Assembly: GCA_965644315.1 (NCBI GenBank)
Contig: CBFFRQ010000093.1
Coordinates: forward strand, 205,627-269,626
DNA length: 64,000 nt
From: Caecitellus pseudoparvulus
Taxonomy: Eukaryota > Protista > Bigyra: Bicosoecida
Direction of reading: 5' to 3'
The position numbers and the translations under genes were made by a program. The notes below the pieces were generated by a model that was not told where the DNA came from, made no database searches, and saw only the letters and a list, made by a program, of their open reading frames with translations. This document shows positions 35,039-46,548 of this stretch, piece after piece; within the stretch, counting starts at the first letter, position 1; each line of letters starts with the position of its first letter.

Positions 35039-37693
35039 TCACGCGCCCAGCCGGAATCCGCGCGCACGCTTGACTTCCTGAGGCTTGCCACCTGCCCCAT
35101 GACTCCGTTTCTGACCGCCCGTTGGAGACGCAGGGGTCGGGCGGGCAACAGAGGATATGATTGCCCCGCCTGCAGATGCATGTTGGTTGGCCAGCTTCAT
35201 GAGTTCTCTCTCCCTCCCCACTGCCACAAGGGCAGTCACGAGCCTGGCGGTGGAATACGCCACGCCCACCTCTGGCACAGCATCCAGCACTGCTCGCGCT
35301 CGAACAAGACGAAAATTGCCATCGGCACGTTTCGCCTCTTCTCGAATGGCCCGAAGGAGTCGGCCCAATGCAGCTGGCGCGTTCACAAGCTCAGGGTGCA
35401 CGGAGGCAGGAGTGAAGCCAAGTCCGGCAAGCGGCACATCTTGGCCGGCCATGATGCAGTCTGCGATGTAGCCCACGACAGTGCCGACTTTCACCCCCTT
35501 CTCACTCGCAACGGTGAACAGGTCTGTTCCTGCACGCAGTTTGTCCGCCGCTTCTTGCTTGGTGGCTGTGATGTGGGGGACCGTGTCTGCGGAAGTCTTG
35601 TTGATGCTCTCATCAAGAGTGGCGGCGGCAGGTGCAGGGGCCAGCTCGTGCAGGTTCACATCCATGCTGAGAGCGTGCATGTCTGCCATGACGGACAGCG
35701 TTGCCAAGAGCTGCTGTCCCCACTGCTGCACCTGGTGCTGCCCCATGCCCGGCAGCTGCTGAAGGCTGTCCAGCGTTGAGGGTCTGTGTCGCACGAGCGC
35801 TGTGAGGGTGGCAGTGGACGCCACGGCAAACGGCGGCAACCCTGACTTGTCCGCCAACTGCTTGCGTGCACTCTCCATGGCGCCCAGGAGCTCTTTCTCA
35901 GCTGGGCTTAGGGGCGTTGGCGGTGTGTGGCGGACAGGTCCACCGCTGGCTGGCCTAGACTTGGCGCCCGGCGATGTTGGAAGGGCAGCAGCCAGGTCAA
36001 CTGGCGGTACAAAAGGTGGCACTTGTCTGGACGTGTCCGCCAAAAGGGCCTGTCCGCCAGGCGTCAAGGCGTATGCCACGTACGACACGGTTCGGGCGCC
36101 TCGCATGGAGATCTGCTCCTCACAGCACCAGCCGTGCACAGCCAGGGCCCGTAGAAGGGCCCTCCAGGCCTTCACAGAGAGCTTTCCACCAGATCCATAG
36201 AGCCCGCTACTCAATCTTTGCTCTTGTGAGTACTTTTCGATGAAGCGCTTTGCGTGCGAGCCCGTGAGAAGGGAGCAGGCATCCCCAGCCGGCGCCCGGG
36301 GGCCGCAGAATGCAATGGCGCGCAGGGCAAGGCGTGCTTCTGCAGTGAAGTCCCTAGCACTATCTGAGGCCTTGCGCCCCTCTCGCTCAAACTTGAGCCG
36401 TGTATCGCAGCCGTCACAGCAGTGGTCGCCGCCACAGCCGGCTGGCAGCTCAGAGGGGCTCGCCCCAGACTCCCCGAAGTAACGCAGGATGTAAGCCCTG
36501 CGACAAGCAGTTCTACTCAACAGAGAAAACTCCTTCATGGCACTGAGCATTTCCAGCTTGTGGCCAAGGCTGGACTGTGTGGAAGAGGACGTCAGCAGGG
36601 CCTGTGCAGTCACAAAGTCGCTTGGGCCGCTGAAGAGAATGCACCGGCTTGCAGCACCATCTCGTCCAGCACGCCCCGTCTCTTGGTAGTAGGACTCCAC
36701 ACTCTTCGGCGCTCCGTAGTGCACGACACACCTGACGTCGTGCTTGTCTACACCCATGCCAAAGGCAGTCGTGCAGCACACAACGCCCACTTCGTCCGCA
36801 AGAAACGCACGGTGCACGTCCGTGCGCTGCTGGGCGCTCAAGCCTGCATGGTACACGCCAGCGGCAATGCCACAGTGATTCTTCAAGGTGGCCGCGGCGC
36901 TCTCAGCCGCTTTCCGCGTCTGTGTATACACGATGCAGCCCCGGGCACTGCCCATGGTGGAGGTGATGAAGTCAAATGCCCCTTTGAGGTCTCTCTGGGC
37001 CCCCGTCTTCATGCGCACTGTGTAGTGGAGGTTCGGGCGATTGAAGGAGCTGACAATGCAGGCCGGGTCTCTCAGCCGCAGCACTTGAATGATGTCTTTC
37101 TGCACCCGGGGAGTGGCAGTCGCAGTCAGGGCAATGGTGGGCACGCCGGGAAAGTACTCCTGGCATGCCTCCAGCAGCCTGAAGTCCGGACGGAAGTCCA
37201 TGCCCCACTCTGACACGCAATGGGCCTCATCCACGGCCACCCCTACGATGTTTGCCGCGCGAAGCGACTTGTGGCAGGTGCGCAGAGTCTCAGGGGTGGT
37301 GTACACCAACGCGTACTCCCCGCTGGCCGCTGCTTCGGCAGTGGTCATGGATGCAGACGACAGAATGCAGTTTGAAATGCCCCTTGCAGTCAGTGCCATG
37401 CTCTGGTCCTCCATGAGCGACAGCAGCGGGCTCACTACCAGCTGCACTCCAGCAAAGCCAGCCTGCACACGTCGTTTGTGCACGACGGGCAACTGGTAGC
37501 ACAACGACTTGCCAGAGCCAGTGGCCATCACAACCAATGCATCCTTACCACCAAAAACAGCTTGGAGTGCTTCCCACTGCCTGCCTCGGAACGCGGAGTG
37601 GCCCCAAACCGCTTTCAAGGTTTCCTGCGCACCTTCCTTTGAAACTCCGCTCGCGCAACTCCAGGCTGCCCCTGAGCCGCTTGAGGCGAACAT
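35039..37693 (-). CDS. RecQ-family DNA helicase (WRN-like helicase+RQC+HRDC+C-terminal HTH, no exonuclease domain)
   Basis: MATGSGKSLCYQLP, VDEAHCVSEWG.DFRP, ALTATAT, FNRPNL, AFGMGVDK, QETGRAGRDG, Zn motif CRR..IL.YF...CCDGC, HRDC-like RKQLADKSGLPPFAV. Intronless 884-aa ORF. Confidence 0.93.
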   Translation of the reverse strand: MFASSGSGAAWSCASGVSKEGAQETLKAVWGHSAFRGRQWEALQAVFGGKDALVVMATGSGKSLCYQLPVVHKRRVQAGFAGVQLVVSPLLSLMEDQSMALTARGISNCILSSASMTTAEAAASGEYALVYTTPETLRTCHKSLRAANIVGVAVDEAHCVSEWGMDFRPDFRLLEACQEYFPGVPTIALTATATPRVQKDIIQVLRLRDPACIVSSFNRPNLHYTVRMKTGAQRDLKGAFDFITSTMGSARGCIVYTQTRKAAESAAATLKNHCGIAAGVYHAGLSAQQRTDVHRAFLADEVGVVCCTTAFGMGVDKHDVRCVVHYGAPKSVESYYQETGRAGRDGAASRCILFSGPSDFVTAQALLTSSSTQSSLGHKLEMLSAMKEFSLLSRTACRRAYILRYFGESGASPSELPAGCGGDHCCDGCDTRLKFEREGRKASDSARDFTAEARLALRAIAFCGPRAPAGDACSLLTGSHAKRFIEKYSQEQRLSSGLYGSGGKLSVKAWRALLRALAVHGWCCEEQISMRGARTVSYVAYALTPGGQALLADTSRQVPPFVPPVDLAAALPTSPGAKSRPASGGPVRHTPPTPLSPAEKELLGAMESARKQLADKSGLPPFAVASTATLTALVRHRPSTLDSLQQLPGMGQHQVQQWGQQLLATLSVMADMHALSMDVNLHELAPAPAAATLDESINKTSADTVPHITATKQEAADKLRAGTDLFTVASEKGVKVGTVVGYIADCIMAGQDVPLAGLGFTPASVHPELVNAPAALGRLLRAIREEAKRADGNFRLVRARAVLDAVPEVGVAYSTARLVTALVAVGRERELMKLANQHASAGGAIISSVARPTPASPTGGQKRSHGAGGKPQEVKRARGFRLGA

Positions 37694-38031
37694 GGTGCCT
37701 GATTTGAGGTATGAACGGATGAAGCCTCAAACCAAGTGCTCGAAGGCTTTGTATTTGATATCAAAGGCGCCGAAGGCGGGCTGAAAGGTGGGCAGGGCAG
37801 GCCTTGTGTCCCAGCTCCTTTCCCGGCTTCTGCTCGGGCAGAAAATGCCTGGTGCGCAGCCTCGAGCCACAGCCCTCTTGAGCGAGTCAGATGCAGCGAC
37901 TTCACAAAAACCAAAACCCAACTATGCGCTGCAAGATTTCCGAGGCGAGATGATTGTTTTTGATCCGCGCAGGAATTCGTGCTGCGGGCCTGCACTGCCG
38001 AGCCACGATTCGGCGAGCACCTCCCACAAGC

Positions 38032-39448
38032 ATGGCAGCTGCAGCGTCCCCTCCCCCTGCCACCGAGTCGGCCTCCCCGCCGTATCCACCACAGTCACAG
38101 CTCCCAGCTACTACTCCCGACACTGTGCATCTTCAAATTGGACAACAGGCTGGCGTGGACATGACCCAGAAGCTCGTGAGTGCCGCGGCGTGGTGCGAGT
38201 CCCCCCGATTTCCGCAAGGCACGCAGGGCGGCGCTTGTGTGCACGCAGCGACTGGGCCTGCGCTGGGACTTCACGCCAGGCATGCCAGCTGTGGACCTGG
38301 ATGCGTCTGCGTTGCTGTTTGACGAGGTGGGCTTCTTGGTGGACGCGGCGTACTACAACCAGCTGTCTGCTGGAGGTGGGTCTGTCACGCACAGCGGCGA
38401 TGAGAAGAGCGGCGCGTCGGAGGGGGACGACGAGAGCATCACGATTGACGGACCTCGTCTGCCGAGCAACGTGCGCGTGATCGTGGTGGTGTTGAACGCT
38501 TTCCGTGGCGGGTCGTTGGGTGACCTGGAGACGGCATCGGCGAGGCTGTGTGTGGAGGGCGGTGGGGTGTTGGCAGACATGTCACTGGGTGGTGCGGGGT
38601 CGGCGACGGCGGCGGTGATGTGTGTGCTGTACCGTGACCATGCGTCGGGTGTGTGGTCTGTGAAGGACATCAGCAAGCACGGTCTGGGTCGGACGTTCAT
38701 GGCGAGCATGCCGATCATCCGGCCGGTGGTGGATTCGCTGTTGGACCCTGTGATGGTTGAGGAGCGGGGTCAGATGGACTTGGGCAAGACGTTCAGCATG
38801 AGCAAGGGGCAGGACATGGCGCTGCCTGGGGGTGTGGGCGAGGTGCAGGTGGGTCTGGGGTGGTCGTGTCGTCGTAGCTTCGACTTGGACGCGAGCTGTC
38901 TGATGGTGAAGCCGGGTGTGGAGCCGAGCATCCACAAGGTGGTGTACTACGGAAACCAGAACGCGCCAGGTGTGCGTCACAGCGGCGACAACACGACGGG
39001 TGCGGGGTCGGGCGACGACGAGGTGATCAAGGTGAGTCTGGGCTCTGTGCCTAGGGAGGTGGGTGAGTTGGTGTTCACGGTGAACATTTACACGTCTGGG
39101 GGTACATTTCGGGACGTGCACGACGCGTACGTGCGGCTGGTGTGTCAGGGGAAGGAGCTGGCGCGGTACAAGCTGGACGAGGGGGTGACGACGAATGGCC
39201 TGATGTTTGCGAAGCTGTATCGTTGCGGGTCGCAGTGGCGCATGCTGGCGATGGGCCAGGGAGTGGAAGGGCGCAATGCCACGGCCGAGCCTGTGACCAA
39301 GGCTGCTCTTGGGTTAGAAGATTCCCCGACCACGTTTCAAGCAAGCCAGCCCTCTGCGAGTGCTTCAGGAGGCGCGTCAGCTGCCCAGCCTCCAGCTACA
39401 ACGAGGCCAGGGGAAGCTGATGTGGGGGGCTGCTGTACCATCATGTGA
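38032..39448 (+). CDS. Tandem TerD-domain protein, copy 2, C-terminal CaaX (CCTIM)
   Basis: Near-identical to 33552-34770 at an offset of about 4486 bp. Intron 38176-38248. Different tail but the same GGCCTIM end. Confidence 0.9.
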
Positions 39449-39747
39449 GGAGGGCAGGGTGCTGTGGGCTGGACTCAAGGCAGGAAATGCTCGCCAACTA
39501 GGTCCTTGCTAATGCACGCTGTTCTCCGCAAGTGGAGAAGGCTTGCCACGCAGGCATCCCAAAAGTTTGTGACAATTTGCGGTGCTCTGCACAACGTACT
39601 GCAGAGGGGGGTGAAAAGCCCCCCCCCTGTACCCCTCTCCAGGCCTGCAGACTCTGCATCAGCAGCCTGGGTGCAGAAGCAGAGTCTGGCAACTTTCACG
39701 AACCCGCGTCATCGACTCCATTACCGCCCCAGCACAACCTGTTGTGA

Positions 39748-40328
<581 letters not shown>

Positions 40329-40375
40329 ACGCCCAACTCTGTGGCCAACATGGACGTTGGCCACCCACCCCCAAC

Positions 40376-40391
40376 GGTGTTATTCAACACC
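40376..40391 (+). promoter_or_regulatory. Histone 3'-UTR stem-loop
   Basis: GGTGTT-ATTC-AACACC forms a 6-bp stem and 4-nt loop starting with GG, 47 nt after the H3 stop. It is flanked by CCAAC and ATCAC, matching the geometry of the SLBP-bound histone stem-loop. Confidence 0.8.
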
Positions 40392-40628
40392 ATCACCTCC
40401 GTTCAGGCCCACAAAAGTGGGCTCATCGCACAGGAAATCAATGAACTCACTTATTCTGTGGGTATGACTGGGTGGGGCTCTACCTGGGCATGTGGGGAGC
40501 GTTTGCATCACTTGCGTTGGTGCAGAAGATAGGGTAACGGAAGCACCTCCTGCCCTCGCCGCAGCACAGCCATTCGCAAGGGACCCTGGGGACCAACACG
40601 AGATACAACCTCGGAAAAGCTCGACTTC

Positions 40629-41818
40629 TCAGGGTGCACAGGCGCCATCTTTGTCCTTGCTTCCAGGAGCAGAGCTGGCAGCGCTGCTCGGTGTTGGCAT
40701 TTTCCGCAGGTCTTCCTCGGGGGGCACGCGAGCAATGCTGCCACGAAGTCCAGATAGGAGCTTAGGACCTGTGCAATGATGTAAATCAGAATGTACGACA
40801 CACATAAGCGGTGCGGGGCTTTGAGACGCACTGCAGAGCACGTCCAGTTCATGCTGTCTGGCGTGGCTTTGGGAGAAGGCATCGGCCCCGGTTCCACAAC
40901 CACTGGCCTTGGCTGAGTCTGGCGGCACAGGAATGCCCGGGTGAGTCATAAGCTCAAAGATACCCCTTGGAGCGTCTATCTGTGTTTCAGCGCGCCGCAC
41001 CTCCTCCAGGATGCGATCTGGGGACATGTCTAGCCCCATCACAGTGTACCCAACAAAGCGGGTCGGCATGTGCCACCCAGCACCTTCGAAGCACTTCCGA
41101 GCTGCTTCGCAGTAGGAGTGGATGAGTGCGTGGAACTGCTCTGGGTCTAGCGCCTGGGACATGGCATCTGGGACCTCCGAAGGGTCAGGCTCATCCAGCA
41201 ACGAGGGCAGTCGAATCCAAGGTTTGCGTTCAACAGGTGACTTCGCGGTAGGGGAGCGCTCTCCTTGGACATTGCTGAATGCCTTGACAAGAATGTCTGG
41301 GATGCCAGGCAGCACGTGGACATGTTGGTGTCCGTCAATGTAGCGAGGCATGTGCCCGGTCCAACGCCTAAACCGGCGCAGCTGAGCTTCAATTTCGGCT
41401 GCCAAGTTAATCTCCTCCACTTCACCCGCCAGCAGGGCAATGCGCAGTCCATGTTTTCCGCGGAAGCATTGCTGGCCGTCGCTGAGATCGCACAGACTCG
41501 ACGAGGCCGTGTCAGGGCAAACTGGCAGGCCTTCAGTCAAGTTCAAGTGTAGGCCCAGTGGAAGGCCAGCTGTGCAGGCCCGCGAAATCATGGACTCCGC
41601 AAAGACTCCATTCACCATGAGGGATGCACGCGTGATCCCTCCAGCTGCAAAGGCAGCCAACTGCGTTTGCAGTGTTTCAAACGCGTTTCGGCGTGAACGG
41701 CTGCGCGCACTCGCTGGCGTCCACGCACGATTCCATCATCTCTGCAGCGCGAATACCCTGCGTCATCTGCCACGATGTGAAGGGTGGGCTTCGCTGCACT
41801 TGCCGGTGCTGCAGCCAT
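40629..41818 (-). CDS. YDJC: YdjC/ChbG-family carbohydrate deacetylase
   Basis: LHIVADDAGYSRCRDDGI|..ASLMVNG, LGLHLNLTEG, EIEAQL, YIDGHQHVHVLP, ELMTHPG, RQHELDVL. Introns near 41660-41727 and probably about 40770-40830. Confidence 0.9.
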
Positions 41819-42031
41819 GCAGCATGCCAGCTACGGGGCTGGGCTGTGAGCTGGTTGGAAGGCACCTTTTGCTCACGCGCTCGCAGCTGAATTGGGGCTT
41901 ACGGTAGAGCAACCGCAGTTCCAGGGGAGATGGGACAGGAACGGATAAGCCCGCTTGGGCATGTGCAGCCTGCTGTTTGTTCGTGGAATGTGCTGAGGTC
42001 CGCACATTGCAACGGCAAGCACAGCGAGAGT

Positions 42032-45000
42032 CTAGGCCTCCAGCTCCACGATCAGGTCTCCCTGCGAAACCGTGTCGGATACCTTCGCGTACACCGCCTT
42101 GACACGCCCCGAGGTGGCTGCCCGGACGCTGGTTTCCATCTTCATGGCGTTCAGCACGGCCACGACGTCGCCGGCGTTCACGTGGTCGCCCACCTTGACC
42201 CTCACGTCCACCACTGCGCCGGGCATGGGAGCACCAGCATGAGTGGGCAGGTCTGGAGACGCCTTGGGCGGGCCACTGCGAGCAGCCCCCGCAGCACCAG
42301 GTGCGGGGGAGCGGTCCCGCACCAGCACACGGCGCATTTCGCCGTTGAGGGAGAAGGTCACGTCCACCATGCCGTCAGCGTCGGGAGCCGACTTGCTGAT
42401 GAGCTTCACGAAGAGGGTCTTCCCCTTCTGCATGTCAAACGACATTTCCTCGCCCTCCTGCATGGGCGAGATGAAGTGGCGCGTGGGCAGTGTGGAGGGG
42501 TCCCCGTACTTGGCCAGCCACTGCCGCCACTCTGCAAAGACCGCAGGGTACATGACGTGGGACATGACGTCTACGTCTCGGATGCGGCTACCGTGCTTTG
42601 CGATCAAGTCTGCCTTGATGGAGTCGAAGTCCAGGGGCTCCATCTCGGCACCCGGCCGCCCTTCGAAGCGGTCCTTGCCGCTTGCGAGAGGTGGCTGACC
42701 AGACAACACGGCCGCGCGGAGTTTCTCGGGGAAGCCGCCTGCAGGGATGCCGAGGTATCCCTGGAAGAACTCCACTACAGACTTGGGGAAGTCCAGCTTC
42801 TCAGCCTTCTCCAGCACCTCCTGCTCGGTCAAGTTGTTGGCAACCATGAACTGTGCCAGGTCCCCGACGACCTTGGAGGAGGGTGTCACCTTCACGATGT
42901 CCCCCATCAGTCGGTTGGCAGCCGCGTAGGCCTTCTTGATCTTAGGCCACTCCCCAGCCAGTCCCAGTTGCTTGGACTGGTACAGCAGGTTGGTGTACTG
43001 CCCGCCGGGAATCTGGTTCTCGTACACGCTGGCGTCTCCCGTGTGTTGCCCCGACTCGAAGGGAGCGTACACGCCTCGCAGATCAAACCAGTAGTCATTC
43101 AAGGCTGCCAGCTGCTCCTGGTCAATTCCAGTGTCCAGAGGTGTGCCAGCCAGCGCCGCCACGATGGCCCCCATGCTGGGTTGAGAGGTGGTGCCCGACA
43201 TGCTGTCCACTGCAGCGTCCACCGCGTCTGCCCCAGCGTACGCCGACATGAGCATGGACGCGACGCCTGTGCCAGCCGTGTCATGTGTGTGCACATGAAT
43301 GGGGACGTCGGGAAACTCTGCCCGCAGCTCTGACACCAGAGCGTGGGCGGCGGCTGGCTTGAGCAGGCCTGCCATGTCTTTGATGGCCAGAACGTGGGCG
43401 CCACCCTTCACGAGCTCCCGCGCGAGGTTGAGATAATACTGCATGTCGTACGGGTTCTTCGTGACTCCGTCCGCTGCAACAGGGCTCAGGACGTCTCCAG
43501 TGTAGCACATGGCAGCTTCGACGATGCCTCCAGAAGACCCCGCTGCGTCCATGCCCAGCTGCAGGTTGGGCAGGTAGTTCAAGGAGTCGAAGACACGGTA
43601 CACGTCCATGCCGTGCTGAGTCGCCACACGGCAAAACTCATGCACTGCGTTGTCAGGGTAGCTGGTGTACCCGACTCCATTCGCGCCGCGCAGGAGCATC
43701 TGAAAGGGGACGTTGGGCACCGCCTCCCGCATCTGCCCGAGGCGGTCCCAAGGGCACTCCTTCAGGAATCGCATGGCCACGTCAAAGGTGGCGCCGCCCC
43801 AGTTCTCAATGCTGAAGGCGTTGGCCAGGGCCTCTGATGTGGCGGGGGCGACGGCCAGCAAATCCCGTGTACGCAGTCGAGTGGCCAGCAGCGATTGGTG
43901 TGCGTCTCGCCACGTTGTGTCCGTAATCAGCAGGCCAGGGTGCCGTCTGACTGCCTTGGCAAAGGCTGCCGCGCCATCAGACTTGTACACTTCGTACAAG
44001 GACGGGCGGTCTGGTTCAAGCACCGCTTTTGGGGCACCTTTTCCGCTGGGCGCTCCAGGCACCGGAGGCAAGGCTGCAGCGGGAGGCGCCGCTCCTTTGC
44101 GGAGCGGTGTTGACGGTGGGATGGGGTCGACGGCAGATGGAGCCGGGCCAGTCGCCCCAAGGGTGGGGTCAGGGCCATTTACGGCAATGTCTGCCAGCAG
44201 GGCCAGCAGCTTTTCACCCCGGTTCTGTGCATCCTGGACATTGTCCACGATGCCTGGGTGCTGCTCGATAAAGGACGTGCTGACTGGTCCATCCAGATAG
44301 TCCTGGTTGCTCAGGACGTTCAGCAGGAAGGACTTGTTCGTGCTCACACCGCGCACTCGGAACTCCCGCAGTGCCCTGCGCAGCTTGGCTGCGGCACTGG
44401 GGAAGTCTTTGGATCGTGCAGTGACCTTCACCAACAGGCTGTCGTAGTGAGGTGTGATGACAGCGCCTGTGAAGCCTGGGCCATCGTCAAGGCGGATGCC
44501 CGGCCCTGTGGCTGTGCGGTACACAGAAATGGTGCCGGAGTCGGGTCGGAAGTTCGCTGTGGGGTCTTCAGTGGTCACGCGGACCTGGATGGCGTGCCCC
44601 GCGGTCCGAATGGAGTCCTGCTGCAGGCCCAGCTCGGGCAGCGTGGCGCCGTCGGCGATGAGCAGCTGGTTCTGCACAATGTCCACGCCAGTGACCTCCT
44701 CTGTGACAGTGTGTTCCACCTGCACACGTGGGTTCACCTCCATGAAGTAGTGCCGGCCCTGCTTGTCCACGAGGAACTCCACGGTACCAGCGTTGGTGTA
44801 GCCGACTGCCTTGCCCAGCTTAACAGCATCTGCTAAGAGTGCGGCGCGGGTCTCTTCTGGGAGGAAGAGGGCTGGTGCCGACTCGACAACTTTCTGGTGT
44901 CGCCGCTGCACCGAGCAGTCGCGGTCGTACAGGTGCACAATGTTGCCGCTCCCATCGCCCAGCAGCTGCACTTCAATGTGGCGGGGGCCCTCCACAAACC

Positions 45001-46014
45001 GCTCGATGAAGCAAGTGCCGTTGCCAAACGCTGCCTGAGCCTCAGACTGTGCTGCCAGGAAGGCGTCGGCAAACTCCTCGCGGCGCTTCACCACGCGCAT
45101 GCCCCTGCCGCCTCCGCCGTGAGCTGCCTTGATAATGACAGGCAGTCCATGCTCTGCGACGAAGGCCTCTGCTTCTTCAAGAGTCTTCACAGCGCCATCG
45201 GTGCCAGGCACGACGGGGACGCCGTGGTCGATGGCCACCTGGCGTGCTTGCCTGCGGTGAAGTTGGGCCAGAGCGGTGCAGCACGCCAGGCAACGCTGGG
45301 CACGCACGTCGAACTTACGTCTTGTCCCCAAACATATTGAGCACTCTGGAGGATGGACCGACAAAGGTGATGGAGTGCTCGCCACACAGGCGGGCCAGCT
45401 CAGCGTTCTCGGACAGAAAGCCGTAGCCTGAGAAGGCAGGCGTGAATCGGAAACAGTTCTGACATCGCACAAGCGCTGGGCGCAGCGCTCATCAGCGTAC
45501 CCGGGTGCAGGAAGTCAACCTTGTTGTCCACAGCCACTTGCAGAATCTTCTCAATGTCCAAGTAAGACCCGACCGGACTTGAACCACTCACCTGACGAAA
45601 AGAAGGGTGATTGGCGTGGTGGCACGCTGCAAAGACAGACCACTTGCACAGCACGCGTGCCTGGCGTCCCAACCTTGAATGGAACGCACCAAGAAGCTCT
45701 CATCAGCCTTGTATCGGTGGGTTGTGTATCGGTCCTCCTTTGAGAAGATGCCTGGGCTCGTAGGAAGCGGGGACAGTGACAAGGTTTCACATGTCGGGAA
45801 TTTGGCAACGAAGTTCCGCACCGACGGTGTTGGCGCCCAGCTCGGTTGCTGCGCGCATGATGCGCAAGGCGATTTCGCCACGGTTGGCAGCCATGACCTT
45901 CTTGCCGTGCAGGGTGCGCCTCATGGTGCTCATCCACGCTGCAAGCAGCCCGGAGCTGCGTTGCGAAGCCCGGGCCAACGCAGCCGACCGGCCTGACCTC
46001 GCTGCGCCAAGCAT
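42032..46014 (-). CDS. PC: Pyruvate carboxylase with a putative mitochondrial transit peptide
   Basis: ANRGEIALR, HRYKADESF, GGGGRGMR, RDCSVQRRHQKV, EVNPRVQVEHT, RDAHQSLLATR, ENWGGATFD, IKDMAG, HTHDT, VKVTPSSK, biotin motif AMKM. R/S/A-rich N-terminus. Several 5' introns. Confidence 0.97.
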
Positions 46015-46548
46015 GGTCGTTCAAGGACGTTCACAAGATGCAGCAGGTTCAAGAGAGATATGTGGGGTGTGATTGAGGGTTTCGCTGCTTGTCCAGTCTC
46101 TTGTTTTGCCGGAGCTGCTTCGATGAGTGATGTGCTGGCGGCCTCCTCCTTCAGCATCAACGTCGCTCCTCGCCTTCGATTTGTGGTGGCCAGAGCTGCT
46201 CTGCAAACCTTGCAGCGAGGCGCATGTCCTGGACAGGACTTAGAAGCAGGCGCTCGAAGAAGTAAGTTTCATGCCGTACTGGTCGAATGCCAACCTCCCT
46301 CTTGCGCTGTGCCGTGCATAAGATGGAGTGGCGTGTCACTCAACTTCCGCAGGGTGGTCTGCCGGAGCGAAGCACCCATAGCAGATTCAACGTCGGGTAC
46401 TCGCCTGGCGGCAAAACAATGCTACCCGTCAATACTTTCGCCCGATGCTGCATGGAACGCTGGACCTTCAGCCTTGCCGCACCTGCCGATCTCGCCACAC
46501 GCCACCCAACTAGACTGCGTCTTGCCACACCGCGTGTCCTCAGCAACA

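Larger units (their letters stand above)
33551..39256 (+). repeat. Dispersed direct duplication (~1.2 kb; 33551-34770 vs 38031-39256) flanking RecQ
   Basis: Direct sequence comparison: the central coding region and intron differ at only a handful of positions, while the flanks diverge. Confidence 0.95.

Noticed and set aside
33551-39256. TerD duplicates as LTRs or a composite transposon carrying RecQ
   Set aside because: No TG..CA ends, target-site duplication, transposase or RT. The repeats are intron-containing protein genes.
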